From: Lama guanicoe
Lineage: Eukaryota
DNA length: 64,000 nucleotides
Reading direction: 5' to 3'
Assembly (NCBI GenBank): GCA_013239625.1
Contig: MU053629.1
Span: 1,143,567 to 1,207,566 of the forward strand
The notes under the pieces were generated by a model. It was given only the letters and a program-made list of their open reading frames with translations, was not told the DNA's origin and did no database searches. Shown one piece after another: positions 1 through 12,024 of the stretch; the first letter of the stretch is position 1, and each line of letters begins with the position of its first letter. The translations under genes and the position numbers were made by a program.

Positions 1-969
1 GGGGTCGTGCTTCTCCTTTGCAGTGTTCACCGCGTTTGTGATTAAGTGGTCAGCTGCGTAGTTCTTCCTTTATGTCTCTCCCCAGCCTGATGCTAAGCCA
101 TGTGAGTGCAAGGACTGTCTGTCCTGCTCACTGCAGGATCCCCGCACCTTGTGAGGTCCTTTGTTGCTAGATGAACTCGCAAATATTTGCTGAAAAAAAT
201 GAAAGCTAGGCACGGCTTACAGAGGAAATGCTATCTGAGTAGAGACTTAAAGGATGAATAGTAGCTAGACAGGCAAAGCAAGGGGGTTGTCAGGGAGGAA
301 TGTTCCAGGTGCAGAGAGGAGGTCTCTTCCTTGCAGGCCTGGAGGTGAGAAAGACATTGTTCACAGAGCAAAGGAAGTGCTGAACTTCCATCTAACCCTC
401 AATTTCCTCATCTTTCAGGAAGGGCAAAAATAATAACTAGTTCAGAGTTGTAAAAAATTAAATGAAATTAGAGAGCATGTATTTAAGTGCTTTATAAACT
501 GTGAAATGGCCTGAGGGTAGAAAATTTGGTTCTTGAAGTGAAAAACTAAATTTAGAAAGAGGATAATTTCTCTAATTTATGTGGAACCTGGGTTTATCAC
601 TCTGAATTGCCTCCCTTTTGCTTTAGAAGAAACATGTCTCTAACTAGTACTCAGTAAGAAGGACAGCTGATACTTTTAAGACTTTTCTCAGACCTTTTCA
701 TTTATATTATATTTTCTTGGCAGTGCTTTTTTCTGGTAAGGTTTTAAACTTGTTAGCCACTAAACCTTTCAGTAGGAGACACCAGTATGGATCCGACGAC
801 ATGTGGAGTGTCATGTTCACTTCTGAGCATTGTGAATTAACAAGATTGCTGAAGAACTCAAGTTAGTATAGAAGAACGTTGTCAGGTGAAAGATCTAGAA
901 GCTGTGTCCTATGGAGTATGATTGAAGGAAAGAGGAATATTGAGCTTGAAGAAGAGTAAAAAAAGTAAG

Positions 970-1412
970 GGGAGTGGGGGAGGTTCCATTTTTGTCCACA
1001 TTTGGCTTTCCACTGTAATAGAGCATCCACACCCTTCCACTGCCTCACAGTGACCCGAATGTGCTTCCCTGCCTCTGACTTTGAGCTCAGTCTGGTGACA
1101 CTAACTGGCCAAATAGTGAACATAAGTCACTATTTGGGTGTAAGTCAGGTTTAAAAAGCACTTGCATGGCCCTTCCGGGGCTCTGGTCCTGTGCTGTGTG
1201 AACAGGCCCCGCACAGTTAGTGCCCAGTTAGCCTGGACCGCAGAATGAGCATGCGTGGAGCAGACCTGGGCTCAGTCTGCAGGGAGGAGCCAAACCCGCG
1301 GTACCAGCCGCTGCGGCCGAGCTGCCCAGCTGAGCCCAGCCTCACTCACCCGGCCGAAGCACCGTCTGCCTCTCGACCAACGAGCATGAGAATAAATCCT
1401 GTTGTAACCCAG
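970..1412 (+). mobile_element. MLT1 (ERVL-MaLR) LTR, 5' part, interrupted
   Basis: MLT1H/I/J-like sequence (gagcagacctg...ccagctgagcccagcct...gagaataaatcctgttgt) that stops abruptly at a T13 tract. Confidence 0.7.
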
Positions 1413-1534
1413 TTTTTTTTTTTTTCATTCACTCACTTTTTCCCCCCCACAATATTTTAAATATAATCTCTACAGCCTGGCAGTTTGTTAAATGTTAAGA
1501 CTTTTGGCAGGGTAATTAGATTTATATATATATA

Positions 1535-3010
1535 TTTTTTTAAATTTATCAAATTAATTTTTTATTATGGATGTTGTTATAGCAGAATATAAAAATTAAG
1601 TAATAAAAGTTTCTTCTAAGAGTGCAATTTAACTTCATCTTTAAAAAGTTCATTTTTTTTTTAAACTATACATACTCAGGTAAAAAAAGGCTCTGACTTA
1701 AACTTATGACTTCAGAATTAAACTCTAGAAATAAATGCTACGGCCATCTAGAAGTTTATATTGACAAATTGCATACATTTTCAAATTATAATGCAATATT
1801 TGTACACAGAATAAGTATATGTACACTTCACTTACATTGTTGATATATAATAGTTACCCAAACTGTCTTGAGAAATGAGGCTTAATATAGATTCAAACTA
1901 AGTAGAAGATCAGTCTCAAATACAACATTTCTTTCACAACTAATAAGAGATAATCCAAACATTTGCTGAACATAAAAAAGCCCCTTGCTTCGTAGTGTGT
2001 TCTGGGAATTCCAGTATATTTTAGATGAGAGATGCTGACCATGAAGGAGCTCATTGCTGTGCTCCACTGAAGTTGGCTCTGTTCCAAAGGAGGGGACTCC
2101 CCTCCATCCACTGGCCTCAGTGCAGCTCAGGTGGAGATCTGGCTGAGAGAATGCAGCCTGGCAGCCTGGGAGGCCTGAGTGGAGGGGAGGGAACAGCACG
2201 GCTTTAATACGAGGGCCCACGCCTGGGAAAGGGACCAACTGGACTTGGTGCTCGGTCCCCTGGCTGGTTTGTAAAAGCCCCTTGTGATGTGCTGATTCTC
2301 ATGGCCTCTTCCAGGAACTTGAGCACTTTTAGCATCTCCGCCATCTCTTCTTGTATAGACTGCAGGGGTCTCTCTCTTTCTTCCATTCTTGGACGAGAAA
2401 ATTAATTTCCTTCCTCGAGCTCAGGTTGACCGTCATCAACTTTCTCTAAGTGTCAGTGAGGCTGGGTATATTTGCTGGCTCCTTCTCTAGCCTGGCATTC
2501 TTTACAGTTGTCTCCATCCTGGCACACTCCTTTTTAGTCACACAAAGCTTGTCGATGAGGTGGCATTTCTCCTCAATCTGTGCAGCCAGTGTTTTTGCCA
2601 GTTGCTTTTCATGTCTTCCATTAAGTTGACTTCTAACAGACATTGAATAAGTCTGCAAGTAAATAAACACCCACCCACAAGGTGAGGACAGGCAGACTCA
2701 ACACTGCCCCCCAGCGGAGGCTCTGGAACGTGAACTGAGAACACAGGCCATTGGGCAGCAGCAACACCAGGACTGCACTCAGTGTCCTAAGGATCCGCCC
2801 AAAGCTAAGCTGCACAGAGGACAGCAGCCCCTCCATGGCACTGACCCACTCAGGGCTCTGCCCAGTTACCGTGGGTCCACCTGCCACAACAAGCCCCAGG
2901 GGACACCCCAACATTCTACCTGGAACCCAGCCAGCAACTGACATCCTGGATTGGTCAGTTATCTGGTCAGTGTCGGTGCGGAGAAGGGAGGGGGTTGTCA
3001 GAGGAGAGAG
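1535..3010 (-). pseudogene. CTAGE/MIA2 (cTAGE5)-like processed pseudogene, short and disabled
   Basis: gccATGG start at 2836, then a hydrophobic N-terminus, then SVRSQLNGRHEKQLAKTLAAQIEEKCHLIDKL, resembling cTAGE5 [32 protein letters not shown]. Frameshifts near 2640-2670 and ~2360 and a TAG at 2448-2446. No introns; AATAAA (1566-1561) lies upstream of an A-tract (1541-1535). Confidence 0.8.
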
Positions 3011-3159
3011 TTGTAACTAAAATGTCATTTTCTCCATTATTGTCTCATGGTAAGTTTTTCTTACCTCTTTCTTTTTGTGTCTATATTCATATACAATAAA
3101 AATATAGTGAAATGTGTCAATGTAAAATTTATGATTTCACAAATCTTTCAAATTATATG

Positions 3160-3246
3160 TTTATTTTTAATGGAGGTACTGGGGATTGAACCCAGGACCT
3201 CATACATGCTAAGCACACACTCTACCATTGAGCTACACCCTCCCCC
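3160..3246 (-). mobile_element. Camelid tRNA-Ala-derived SINE (vic-1 type)
   Basis: Reverse complement ggggagggtgtagctcaatggtagag...cttagcat...gaggtcctgggttcaatccccagtacctcca plus an A-rich tail; A and B boxes present. Confidence 0.85.
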
Positions 3247-5231
3247 TCCCCTGATGTTTAGACTTTTAAATGAAAGTACTTTGCATGCAAGACTATTTTA
3301 ACTACGCTACCAGTTCCAAACTGGTAGAGAAAATATGACATTATTAATAATACAGGGGAAATGATTGACAGTAGAGTTTAATCTGCAATTCTTATCCTTT
3401 TCTGAATTTATTAGAGTCTTAATTTCTTATAATAAATTACCACAAATGTCACCACTTAGGACACAGGGATACTCCATTCACTGTAATACGTCATCGATTT
3501 TGTCATCAAATCTGTATTTTCATTATATCAGTAGTGTAATACTCTTTCCTTCAAGCTGCTCAGATACCTAAGAATGGATAGTTAGACTTTGGGGATGTCC
3601 GTTTCCCCAAATCTTGGCCTGTTATAGACTCTTGCACCTGTGATGCATTAGCAAGTATGCCGCATAGGTAGCCGCCTTCAGGTGGGATGCAAACAACAGC
3701 TCAGTGCATTGCTTCACAGAGTCTGGCTAAAACACTGACAAGGCTGTGGCTCTTCTGCATGTGTTCCAGGTCACCTGGGGACACTGGCATCTCTTTCCTC
3801 ACATGGGTGAGGGACTCCTTTGCAGCTCAGGCAGCCTAATGCCTGTGCTCCTCTCTCGCTTCAGGCCTTGTGTCGTCTTCATACGCGAATTGGTCCTTAT
3901 TTTCTTCATCCACTGCCTTGCATCTTTGGTGTCTTTTTGTGTTTAATTTCTCTTCCTTCAATGACTGTTACTGAGATTTTTTTCATAGCTGTGATAAGCA
4001 GGATGGTATCCTGTAAAGATGATTTGCATTGGAAAAAAGTAATATTTTTGAGTATCATTCAGCATAGTATCTGCCTTCATTTAGCCCCATAGGAATATAT
4101 GTTTACCCATGACCTCCAATGTTTATCATTTGAAAGGGAAGAAAAGTAATCTTGTTTTCAATTTTTGAGATCAGCCTGGCCTTCCTCAGCAAGGCCAGTT
4201 CCCTCCAGTTCCCTGGCTGGGCTGGGAGGACGTGCTGGTGGCATTTACTGACCTGCTCCTTGCCCACTTCTCACCAAGGATGCCCTTCACTCCTGGGACC
4301 GCTTGCACCAGGTCACTCTTCTGCCTCTCCACAGCACTTCTGAAGAGAATCAGAATGTTTACATCAGGGCTTCTGCACTGCACGGTTTCTGGGGAAATCA
4401 TTCATGTTGTAACATGTTTCATTAGTGTACTCTGAAGTTTCCCAATGCGATTCCTGGAATAGGTTCTAGCCAAATTTCCCAGAACCAGACTTTCCTTATA
4501 CACATATATGTTTGGAAATCCTTATGGTTCTTTTAAGAAGTTAATCAATCCTGAGGTTTATGAGTTAGATCTATTGGATTTTATCATCTTTTCCATTATT
4601 CAAAAGTTCTTCACCAAACATTTACTTGAATATTTCAATCTTGAGATTACACTACCTTGTTTCAGATCAGATGGTAGGTTGCTTCCCCCTCTCTCGGCGG
4701 ACTTTCTTCTTACACCGAGTGGAACAATGATCTGAAATACTGCTGACTTACCAGCATTTTTGGAGGACTGAAGACAATTGAACATTGTCTTTAACGTGGG
4801 GTTCCTCTGCACTCTTTCTCATCTCAGATGGAAGCACTTCCATCCTTCTTGTTGCTCAGGCCAAAAGCCTTGGAGTAATTCCTGATTCTTCTGTTTTTCT
4901 TGTAACTCACATCCAATCCAACTGCAAATTTCCTCTCCAACTTCCAGTTACGTTTTATATATGTTGTCAGGAATAGATGGTTTGAGAGCTGGTTTGGAGC
5001 AAACATTTAAAGAAAAAGGTAAACGATGGTACTGAAATTATTCCAGGGTCGAGGCAAACATGGAAAGGTCCGAGTTAATTTCATAAAGTCAATGATTCTA
5101 ATACAGAGTAACAGAATCCTGGGAGCCCACACTCACTGCCCTCTGCCAGGAGGCGGGTCCCCATTAGGGAATGACACCCCACGTTCCTGTGAGCACTGCC
5201 TCAGACCCCGTGCCCCCAGTGGCAGCTCCAG

Positions 5232-5292
5232 CCAGTGAGCGTTGGCATGGTTTGTTACGCAGCACTTTTTTGACAGTAGTTGACCTATATAG
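5232..5292 (+). mobile_element. MLT1 LTR, 3' terminal part
   Basis: ccagtgagcgttggcatggtttgttacgcagcacttttttgacagtagttgacctata matches the MLT1 terminus (ccactgagttttggggtggtttgttacgcagca...atagctgactgataca). Confidence 0.75.
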
Positions 5293-5392
5293 ATAGTTTA
5301 AAATATTTTAAAAATTTTTCCACGTATGGAAAAAGAAGAGTTGACGTGTGCTTCTTCAAAGAGCCTTCCCGGGCTTAACAAGCAGGAGTTGG

Positions 5393-5615
5393 AGCAGGGT
5401 TTCCCAGCCTTGGTGCTGTTGACATTTGGGGTCAGATAATTCTCCGTTGGTAGTGGTAAGGGGGTGGCTTGTGTGTTACAGGGTGTTCAGCAGCATCCCT
5501 GGCTTCTATCAGCTAGGTCCCAGAAGCACCGCACCCGCCAGTTGTGGCAACCAAGAATGTCTGCAGACACTGACAAGTGCCCTCTGGGGCAGAATCACCC
5601 CATTTGAGAATCATC
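5393..5615 (-). mobile_element. MER20 (hAT-Charlie)
   Basis: cagggtttcccagccttggtgctgttgacatttggggtcagataattc...agcagcatccctggc...tttgagaatca. Confidence 0.75.
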
Positions 5616-8537
5616 GAGTTAAAAGGCAGACTTGCCTTTGGTTTGAGAAGGAACTTTCCCCCATTGACTGTTTTAATGAAGTAAGGTCCTAAACTGGAAG
5701 TATTTGAAGTGGACATTGTGGGATCTGCTTTTTCATTGCACTGGGGACTCAGTGAGGCAGCTTCTGAGGGGCCTCCCAGCGCTGACTCTCCACACTGATG
5801 GGCTAATTCAAGAGGAGAATTTCATCGTTCTCCAGTGTCTCCCAGGGGGACTACAAACATAACATCATATCCTTGGCAGTCTGTTCAGCTGACCGACACC
5901 CTTCAGGAGCATTTTCATAAGTATGAAGTGATAGTTCATATCCTTATTCAGTTATATTCAGATGGCTTTCAGGACATCTCCTTTCTGATCTGGTATTAAA
6001 GGATAGTCCTACACCTTTCTTATGGCTTTGTAGTGTAAGATGATTTTCAGAATGTCCTTTTTTAATCTTGGAGAGTGTTATTTGATTCGTGATTATGTAC
6101 ATTTATATTACAATAAACTAGGTCCCAGAATTGTCTTACATTTTTTTTTAAAGCAAAAATTTTAAGTTAAATTTCTATTACAGAAAAGGCATTTTCAAAA
6201 ACATCAGTCCTCTGGCCTGACCCCTGCCCAAGCTAGGTCACTGGAGATCTCTCAAGGGTCTGGAGAGTTTCTGCCGCCAAGAGGGATGGAGGAGAGTCTC
6301 TCACTTCCCGGAATCTTGGCACCCCAGGCCCTTCTCTTATTTGGAAAAGAAGTCAGAAGCCCAGTGGTAATCACGTCCTGCCTCTGGGCAGCTGAGTCTG
6401 GGCCTTGGCTTTGGCAAGTCCTCCTCTGCTGTTGCCATCACCCAGCAGCAGCCCTTGGCTCTCTCTGGTCTGGTTCTAGAGATGCTCTGAGTTGTCAGGG
6501 GAAGTCAGATAGCAATAGTGTCCATGCTGGCTGGATCCAGTATTAGAATCAGTTGCTATATTAGGCTATTGTCTTTGCAAGCACAGAAAAGTAGATATCA
6601 GGAATGAGGGAGAGAGGGACAAGTGGGAAAAGAGAGATATTTATGAATCTGTGTGCTAGAGTGTTTGGGGTATGTTCAGGAAGGATTAAAGAACCAAGTA
6701 GCAAGTGTAGCCTCTTAAAGATAACACTGCAACATTTTGCTTAGAAATGGATTAGACTGAAACATTCTCTACCCAGAGATATTTGACTTAAAAGATTATT
6801 AGAAGAGGAAGTCCATTATCACACTAGACAGCTCCAGTTTCATGAAGATGTACAATACTTGTTAGAACTGTTCAGCTTTGTGATTAATATTCCACAACAT
6901 TAGGAAGCTCTTTTCATCTGGATTATTGATATTCTTGGAATTAACCTAGAATCGTTTTTTTCTCCCCTACTTTTAAGAATATTCGAATAAAGCAAATTTT
7001 AGAGTAGATTCACTGAAGGACTTTTTAGAATTTTTTATTTAGGAACACAAAGTGAGAAAGATTTAGTTATTAAAAGATAGTACCCTAGAGATACTGTTAG
7101 CAAATCCTCGTTTCTATTAGGAGTTAATTCCATTTACTAGAGGGAAGTATCAAAATGATATGTATGTAGCTCTAGCTACATGCAAGTGGCGGAACAGCTT
7201 AAAAACCCAGGTCTGAGTTTCTAGCCAATGGCAGAGGGAACAAATGATAAATCCCAGTATTCTAAATAGCATTTTGTAATAGTAAAGGCTTATGACCATA
7301 GAAGCCAGCCAGAAACTAGTGCCAGCTGAGTAAATCAGCAGTCAAGTAGGAAGATACAATGTTTTAATCAATGCCTGAGAGATCCCCTTTAGACACTGTG
7401 TTAATGAAACAGTAAACTGAAAAGATGGGCAGAGTTCCACGAGACTGTGCTTTGTACACAGTGACAGCCCCAGTGCCTGGACCACAGCGGGCACGTAGTA
7501 AATCCCCATGAGGATTAATGAAAGCGCAGAGGAAGAAAGTAAACAAATGTAAGAATAATATAGTGTCAGAGGGAAAAATAATCTCCAAGAGTGAAGAAGA
7601 GTGCATTTTAAAACACAGGAAACTGGGTGATTGGACAGGTGCGGTCACTGCCTGCTGCTTTGCCTCACTTTCCCATCTGTTAGTACCACTCACTGAAGGT
7701 CCTGGCTTATTCATCTTTGAATCTGGGCACATAGTAGTTATCGTTTATTGAAAAGCTAGGGTTTGCAAAGCACTGTTCTTGCCTGCACATTATTCAACCC
7801 TGGGATGTGATTCACATTTCAGAAATAAACAGAAGCTCAGGGAGGTTAAATCGCTTGTCCAAAGCCGCACTGTGGAGCTGGGATTCCAGCTCAGAACTGT
7901 GTGACTCTAGTTCTTACACGCCTCATCTTCAGACCAGACTCTAGGTGCTCAGTCAGTGTGTATGCAGTGTTTAAAAAAAGAAGAGTAGGTATCAGAATGA
8001 ATTCACCAAGGAGATGGCATTGAGCTTAAATAAAAGTAAGATTTGGATTTGGTGAAATGGGCAGCGTTGGTGATGAGAGATAGAGTATTCAGGCAAAAGG
8101 GACAATCAGTTTATAAAAAGTAAAAACACAGAGGCATAGACAGAGTATAAGAGTTCTGGTTTTCTGCCACAGAGGATATATTTAAAGACTAATAAAGGAT
8201 AGTAATTTGGGTCTAGCTTGCAGAGGGCCTTGGATGCTAACCTGAGATGCTTGGATTTTGCTTTGGAGACAGGATCAATTCATCAAAGATATTTTTTTTT
8301 AGCAAGAAAGAACCTTACAATCAGAAATGTTGACCTAGAATTTGGAAGAAAGTTCAGGACTAATGACATCTTGAGCATACTTACCTGAAACTCAGAGAGT
8401 AATGCTCTTTTGGTTGAGAATGAACTGAAGAGTCCGTAAGTAAGAGCATTTTCCAAGTAGCTGAACTGTAGGACTTGATCATAGAAGGATGATTGGCTGG
8501 TTTCAATATTCATGGTAACGCGTGCAAATACTGCTGC

Positions 8538-8985
8538 TGTCAAACAAAAAATAATGCAGGAGGCTGAAAATAAGAGAAGAGTTTATTTGGGGTCTTAAGA
8601 ATTACAATTCGGGAGACACAGATTCAGTAACCTCAAAAGAGTGTTCCAAGGAAGAGAAAGAGTCGGGGGCTTATAAAGACAAAAAGCCACGAGGTTGTTA
8701 AAAGTTGCCTGATGAGAATTATGATTGACACTGACACGTCAGAAAATATTTGTCACACATTGATTTAGGGTAGGGGACTGATGAGTGGATAGACAGTCAT
8801 GAGTTATTTTAACGCAAGGGTTTGATAAATATCTTGAGTTTCTGGCAGGTATCCTGGATGACTAAATCAGGTCAAAGGTCATCCCGGCTGAGATATGCCT
8901 AAGTAGCACTTCCTTCATGGCCACCTGGCTCCAGTTTTGAGAGCTCCCTTAGCAATACTGACTCGATTTCAATTTTCATTTCACG
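8538..8985 (-). mobile_element. Probable ERV solo LTR (~450 bp)
   Basis: Minus strand ends ...GACA, with AATAAA (tttatt at ~8582) near its 3' end; size and layout are LTR-like. Family not identified. Confidence 0.5.
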
Positions 8986-9617
8986 TAGCTGACAAATAGA
9001 TGACATGTTTATGGTGTCATTGCTTTCTCTTGGCATTTGATTGACATATGGGCTTTAGAAAAACCTTAGAATGTGAGTGTTTGTGTCTATGTAGTTTACA
9101 ATTTCTACTCTGGTTTTTCCTGACATAAAACTAACTCCTGGGTGTTTTCAAGTCAGCTCATCTCTACACCATCACATAACCAGGCACCTATCTTTGGGGT
9201 AACTTTTCTTTCCAGGGTCATCACTGGGGTTAAAGTACATCATTTTAGTTTAGTCTACCATAGTCCTGAAGTTTTGTTTTTTTTTTTTAAAACATCCCTT
9301 TTTGTACTTTATTTATGCTATCACTAGATACAAGAACTTGCTTTCCTCCAACCACAAGTTGTCTTTTTAATAGTTTGCTTTTGGCTTTGTATAACTGAAG
9401 TAATGGACATTTTCCCCACAATATGCTTTCCCCCCACTCAACATTATATTCTTGAGATCATTTATATTGTAGATCACATATTATTCCATTGTGTGAATAC
9501 ACTGCAATTTACCCATTCTGGTAATGATGGGCATTTTTTGTTATTATGAACAGTGCTGATCCACATACATATATATATATATATATCTTCTCATGCAAAT
9601 AGATGAGGGTTTCTCTA

Positions 9618-9780
9618 GAGCAGTGGTTCTCAAACTTGATCATGCATCAGAATCACTTGGAGGGCTGTTTGAAAACAGATTGCTGGGTTTATTTTGTCAG
9701 ATTCAGAAGGTCAGGTGGGTGGGTCCCCATTTCTAAAAAGTAGCCAGTGATCTGTTAATTTGAAAACCAACTGCTTCAGA
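9618..9780. mobile_element. MER5A-like (hAT-Charlie)
   Basis: gcagtggttctcaaactt...gcatcagaatcac...tttgaaaaccaactg. Confidence 0.7.
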
Positions 9781-9783
9781 GTA

Positions 9784-10133
9784 CAGTCAGCCTTCCATAT
9801 CCGTGGGTTTAGCATCCACAGATTCAACCAACCATGGATCAAAAATATTAAGGAAAAAATAATTCCAGAAAGTTCCAAAAAACAAAACTTGTATTTGCCT
9901 GGCTCCAGCAACTTATTTACATAGAATTTACATTGCATTTATAACTATTTACACATTTACATTATATGAGGTATTATAAGTAACCTTGAGGTGATTTAAA
10001 GTATTCAGTGGAGGCTGTGCTAGGTTTTATGCAAGTATTATGCCATTTTATGTAACAGACTTGAGCATCTGCAGATTTTGGCATCTGTGGAGGCTCCTGG
10101 AACTAGTCCTCCAAGGATACCAAGGAGCAGCTG
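9784..10133. mobile_element. MER2 (TcMar-Tigger) MITE
   Basis: Flanked by TA on both sides; imperfect terminal inverted repeats cagtcagccttccatatcc / ggataccaaggagcagctg; internal gattcaaccaacc motif. Confidence 0.8.
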
Positions 10134-10951
10134 TATGGATCTAGCTGCAGGATTGCTGGAGTGAAATAGAGAATGCAAATGTTCACCTTCAATAGGTAAT
10201 CCTAGATTGCTTGCCTGCCCGCAGTGTGAAAGACAACTGTCAGGCTTACATTTTTGCCAGGCTAGTGGGTATTAATGGTATCTTATTATGTGGCCTGAAA
10301 AGGAAATCTGTATGCCTTTTTTTTTTTAAATATGAGAACTTTCAGAATATGTAAAACTTGCCCATTTTAAGTAAAGAATGTTATCCAGGACACAGGATAC
10401 ACATACACAGAGTATTCCATAGAGAAACCTGTGTGTGCTGATTCAGTTCAGTTTCAGTCCCTTAAGAAGAATCTTAGATAATTATGGAAATTTCTTACAT
10501 TTTTATTCTTCCACTGGCCTTAAAAAGAAGTCCAAGGAGAAATTCCACTGTAGTGAGAAGACTTGTTTAAATCGAACATGCTGCTTTTAATTGAGAAATG
10601 TTTCTCCTAATTAGTGCAGAAGGCTAACTGGGAAAAGCTGATTAGATACCACAGTAGTTTTATTGCGTTCCTCAGAGAAACTCCTTGGACGCCAGATCCA
10701 AGCTGACTTTTTGGTTCCACAGTTCACATTCTAGATGAGCAGTTACTGCAGAGTTGACCCCATCATTTAGAAATGTTGCTTTCAAATTACCATTCAAGCA
10801 AATATGCGTCAGGGTCCTGCATGTCAGGCGGTGGCTGAGCTCTCACCGAGGTGTGGGGCACCCAAGAGCCTGCATCCCAGGACTCGGGGTTCACTGGGGT
10901 TTGGCGTCTGTTGTCTGTGTCCCTGGGTGCTGATGGCTGCCTGTCTTTCAG

Positions 10952-11079
10952 CTTTCATGACGCTGGTGATCATACTGCTGCACGTGTTCTGGGGCATTGT
11001 GTTTTTTGATGGCTGTGAGAAGAAAAAGTGGTACTCCCTTCTCGTGGTTTTTCTGACCCACCTGCTTGTGTCAGCCCTG
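10952..11079 (+). CDS. APH1B: APH1B penultimate coding exon (exon 5, 128 bp)
   Basis: ctttcAG acceptor and CTG|GTGAGT donor. Translates (A)FMTLVIILLHVFWGIVFFDGCEKKKWYSLLVVFLTHLLVSAL, the APH-1 TM5/TM6 region with both conserved intramembrane histidines. Confidence 0.97.
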
Positions 11080-12024
11080 GTGAGTATTGCCGCTGTGCTC
11101 AAACTGTGTTTTGGAGCTCAAGTCTGCATATCTAAAGTGGTAGATTCCACTCTAAATGAGATATGTGTTCCTGGGAAAATGAGGAAATTCAAAACAGTCA
11201 TTGAAGAGAATGAATAAGTGATCAATAGATAAATCATCTAGGTCTTACCATAGAAAGATAACTATTAATTTGCTGGTTGATCTCATACAAGTTTTTTTTT
11301 TTTTTTTTTTGGTTTATGTCTTCTAATGGGTATGGTCAAACCTGAGGTAGTCTTCCATTATATTTTGCTTATGTTGTGTAATATGTCTTAGGTAATTTCC
11401 GTGTCATTATAAATCCTTATAGTATTTAAATTTTAATGACTTTATATCATTACATAAAAATTGTATTACAGTTTGCTTAACATATGATTGGTCACTTGTT
11501 TTTCTACTTTTCGCATTTCGTGTATTTTCTAAGCACTATTTAATGTTTTGGTCTGACTTGAATTGTAACTAGTCTTGTATTTACATCAGAACTATCCCTG
11601 CCACTGCCTGGTGCAGACCTCTGGCATTTCTCACCTGAAGTATGAAAGGCTCCTTCTGAGGTGTCCCGCCTCGTATTTCCCTCCTCTCCGTCCATTTAGA
11701 GTTTGTATCAGGTTTTCTTATGCTGGGTTCTTGCCCTCTGATCCATCTAAAATGCAGTCTTGTTGCCTTCACTACCTAAAATCTTTCGGTGGTACAGGAT
11801 GCCAAAGTTACCCTTAGTGTGAGGTCAACTATATAAAGCCAAATCTTCATGGAAGAAAGACTGGAGAGAGAGTGCCTTAAAATATTAACAGCATTTATCT
11901 CTGGGTAGATTCTTTGATTCTTCATAGACTTTGGCATGCTCCAAATTTTCGACTACGTGCACTTTTATAATCAGAAAGGAAGTTACAAGAAAAAGCACAT
12001 GTCTTTCTTAGGGATCCAATTGAC

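Noticed and set aside
2204..2944. Intact nested CTAGE-like protein-coding gene
   Set aside because: Homology is split over several frames with an in-frame TAG at 2448-2446; treated as a pseudogene.
10804..11217. 137-aa single-exon ORF
   Set aside because: Only 10952-11079 is APH1B exon; the flanks are intronic read-through.
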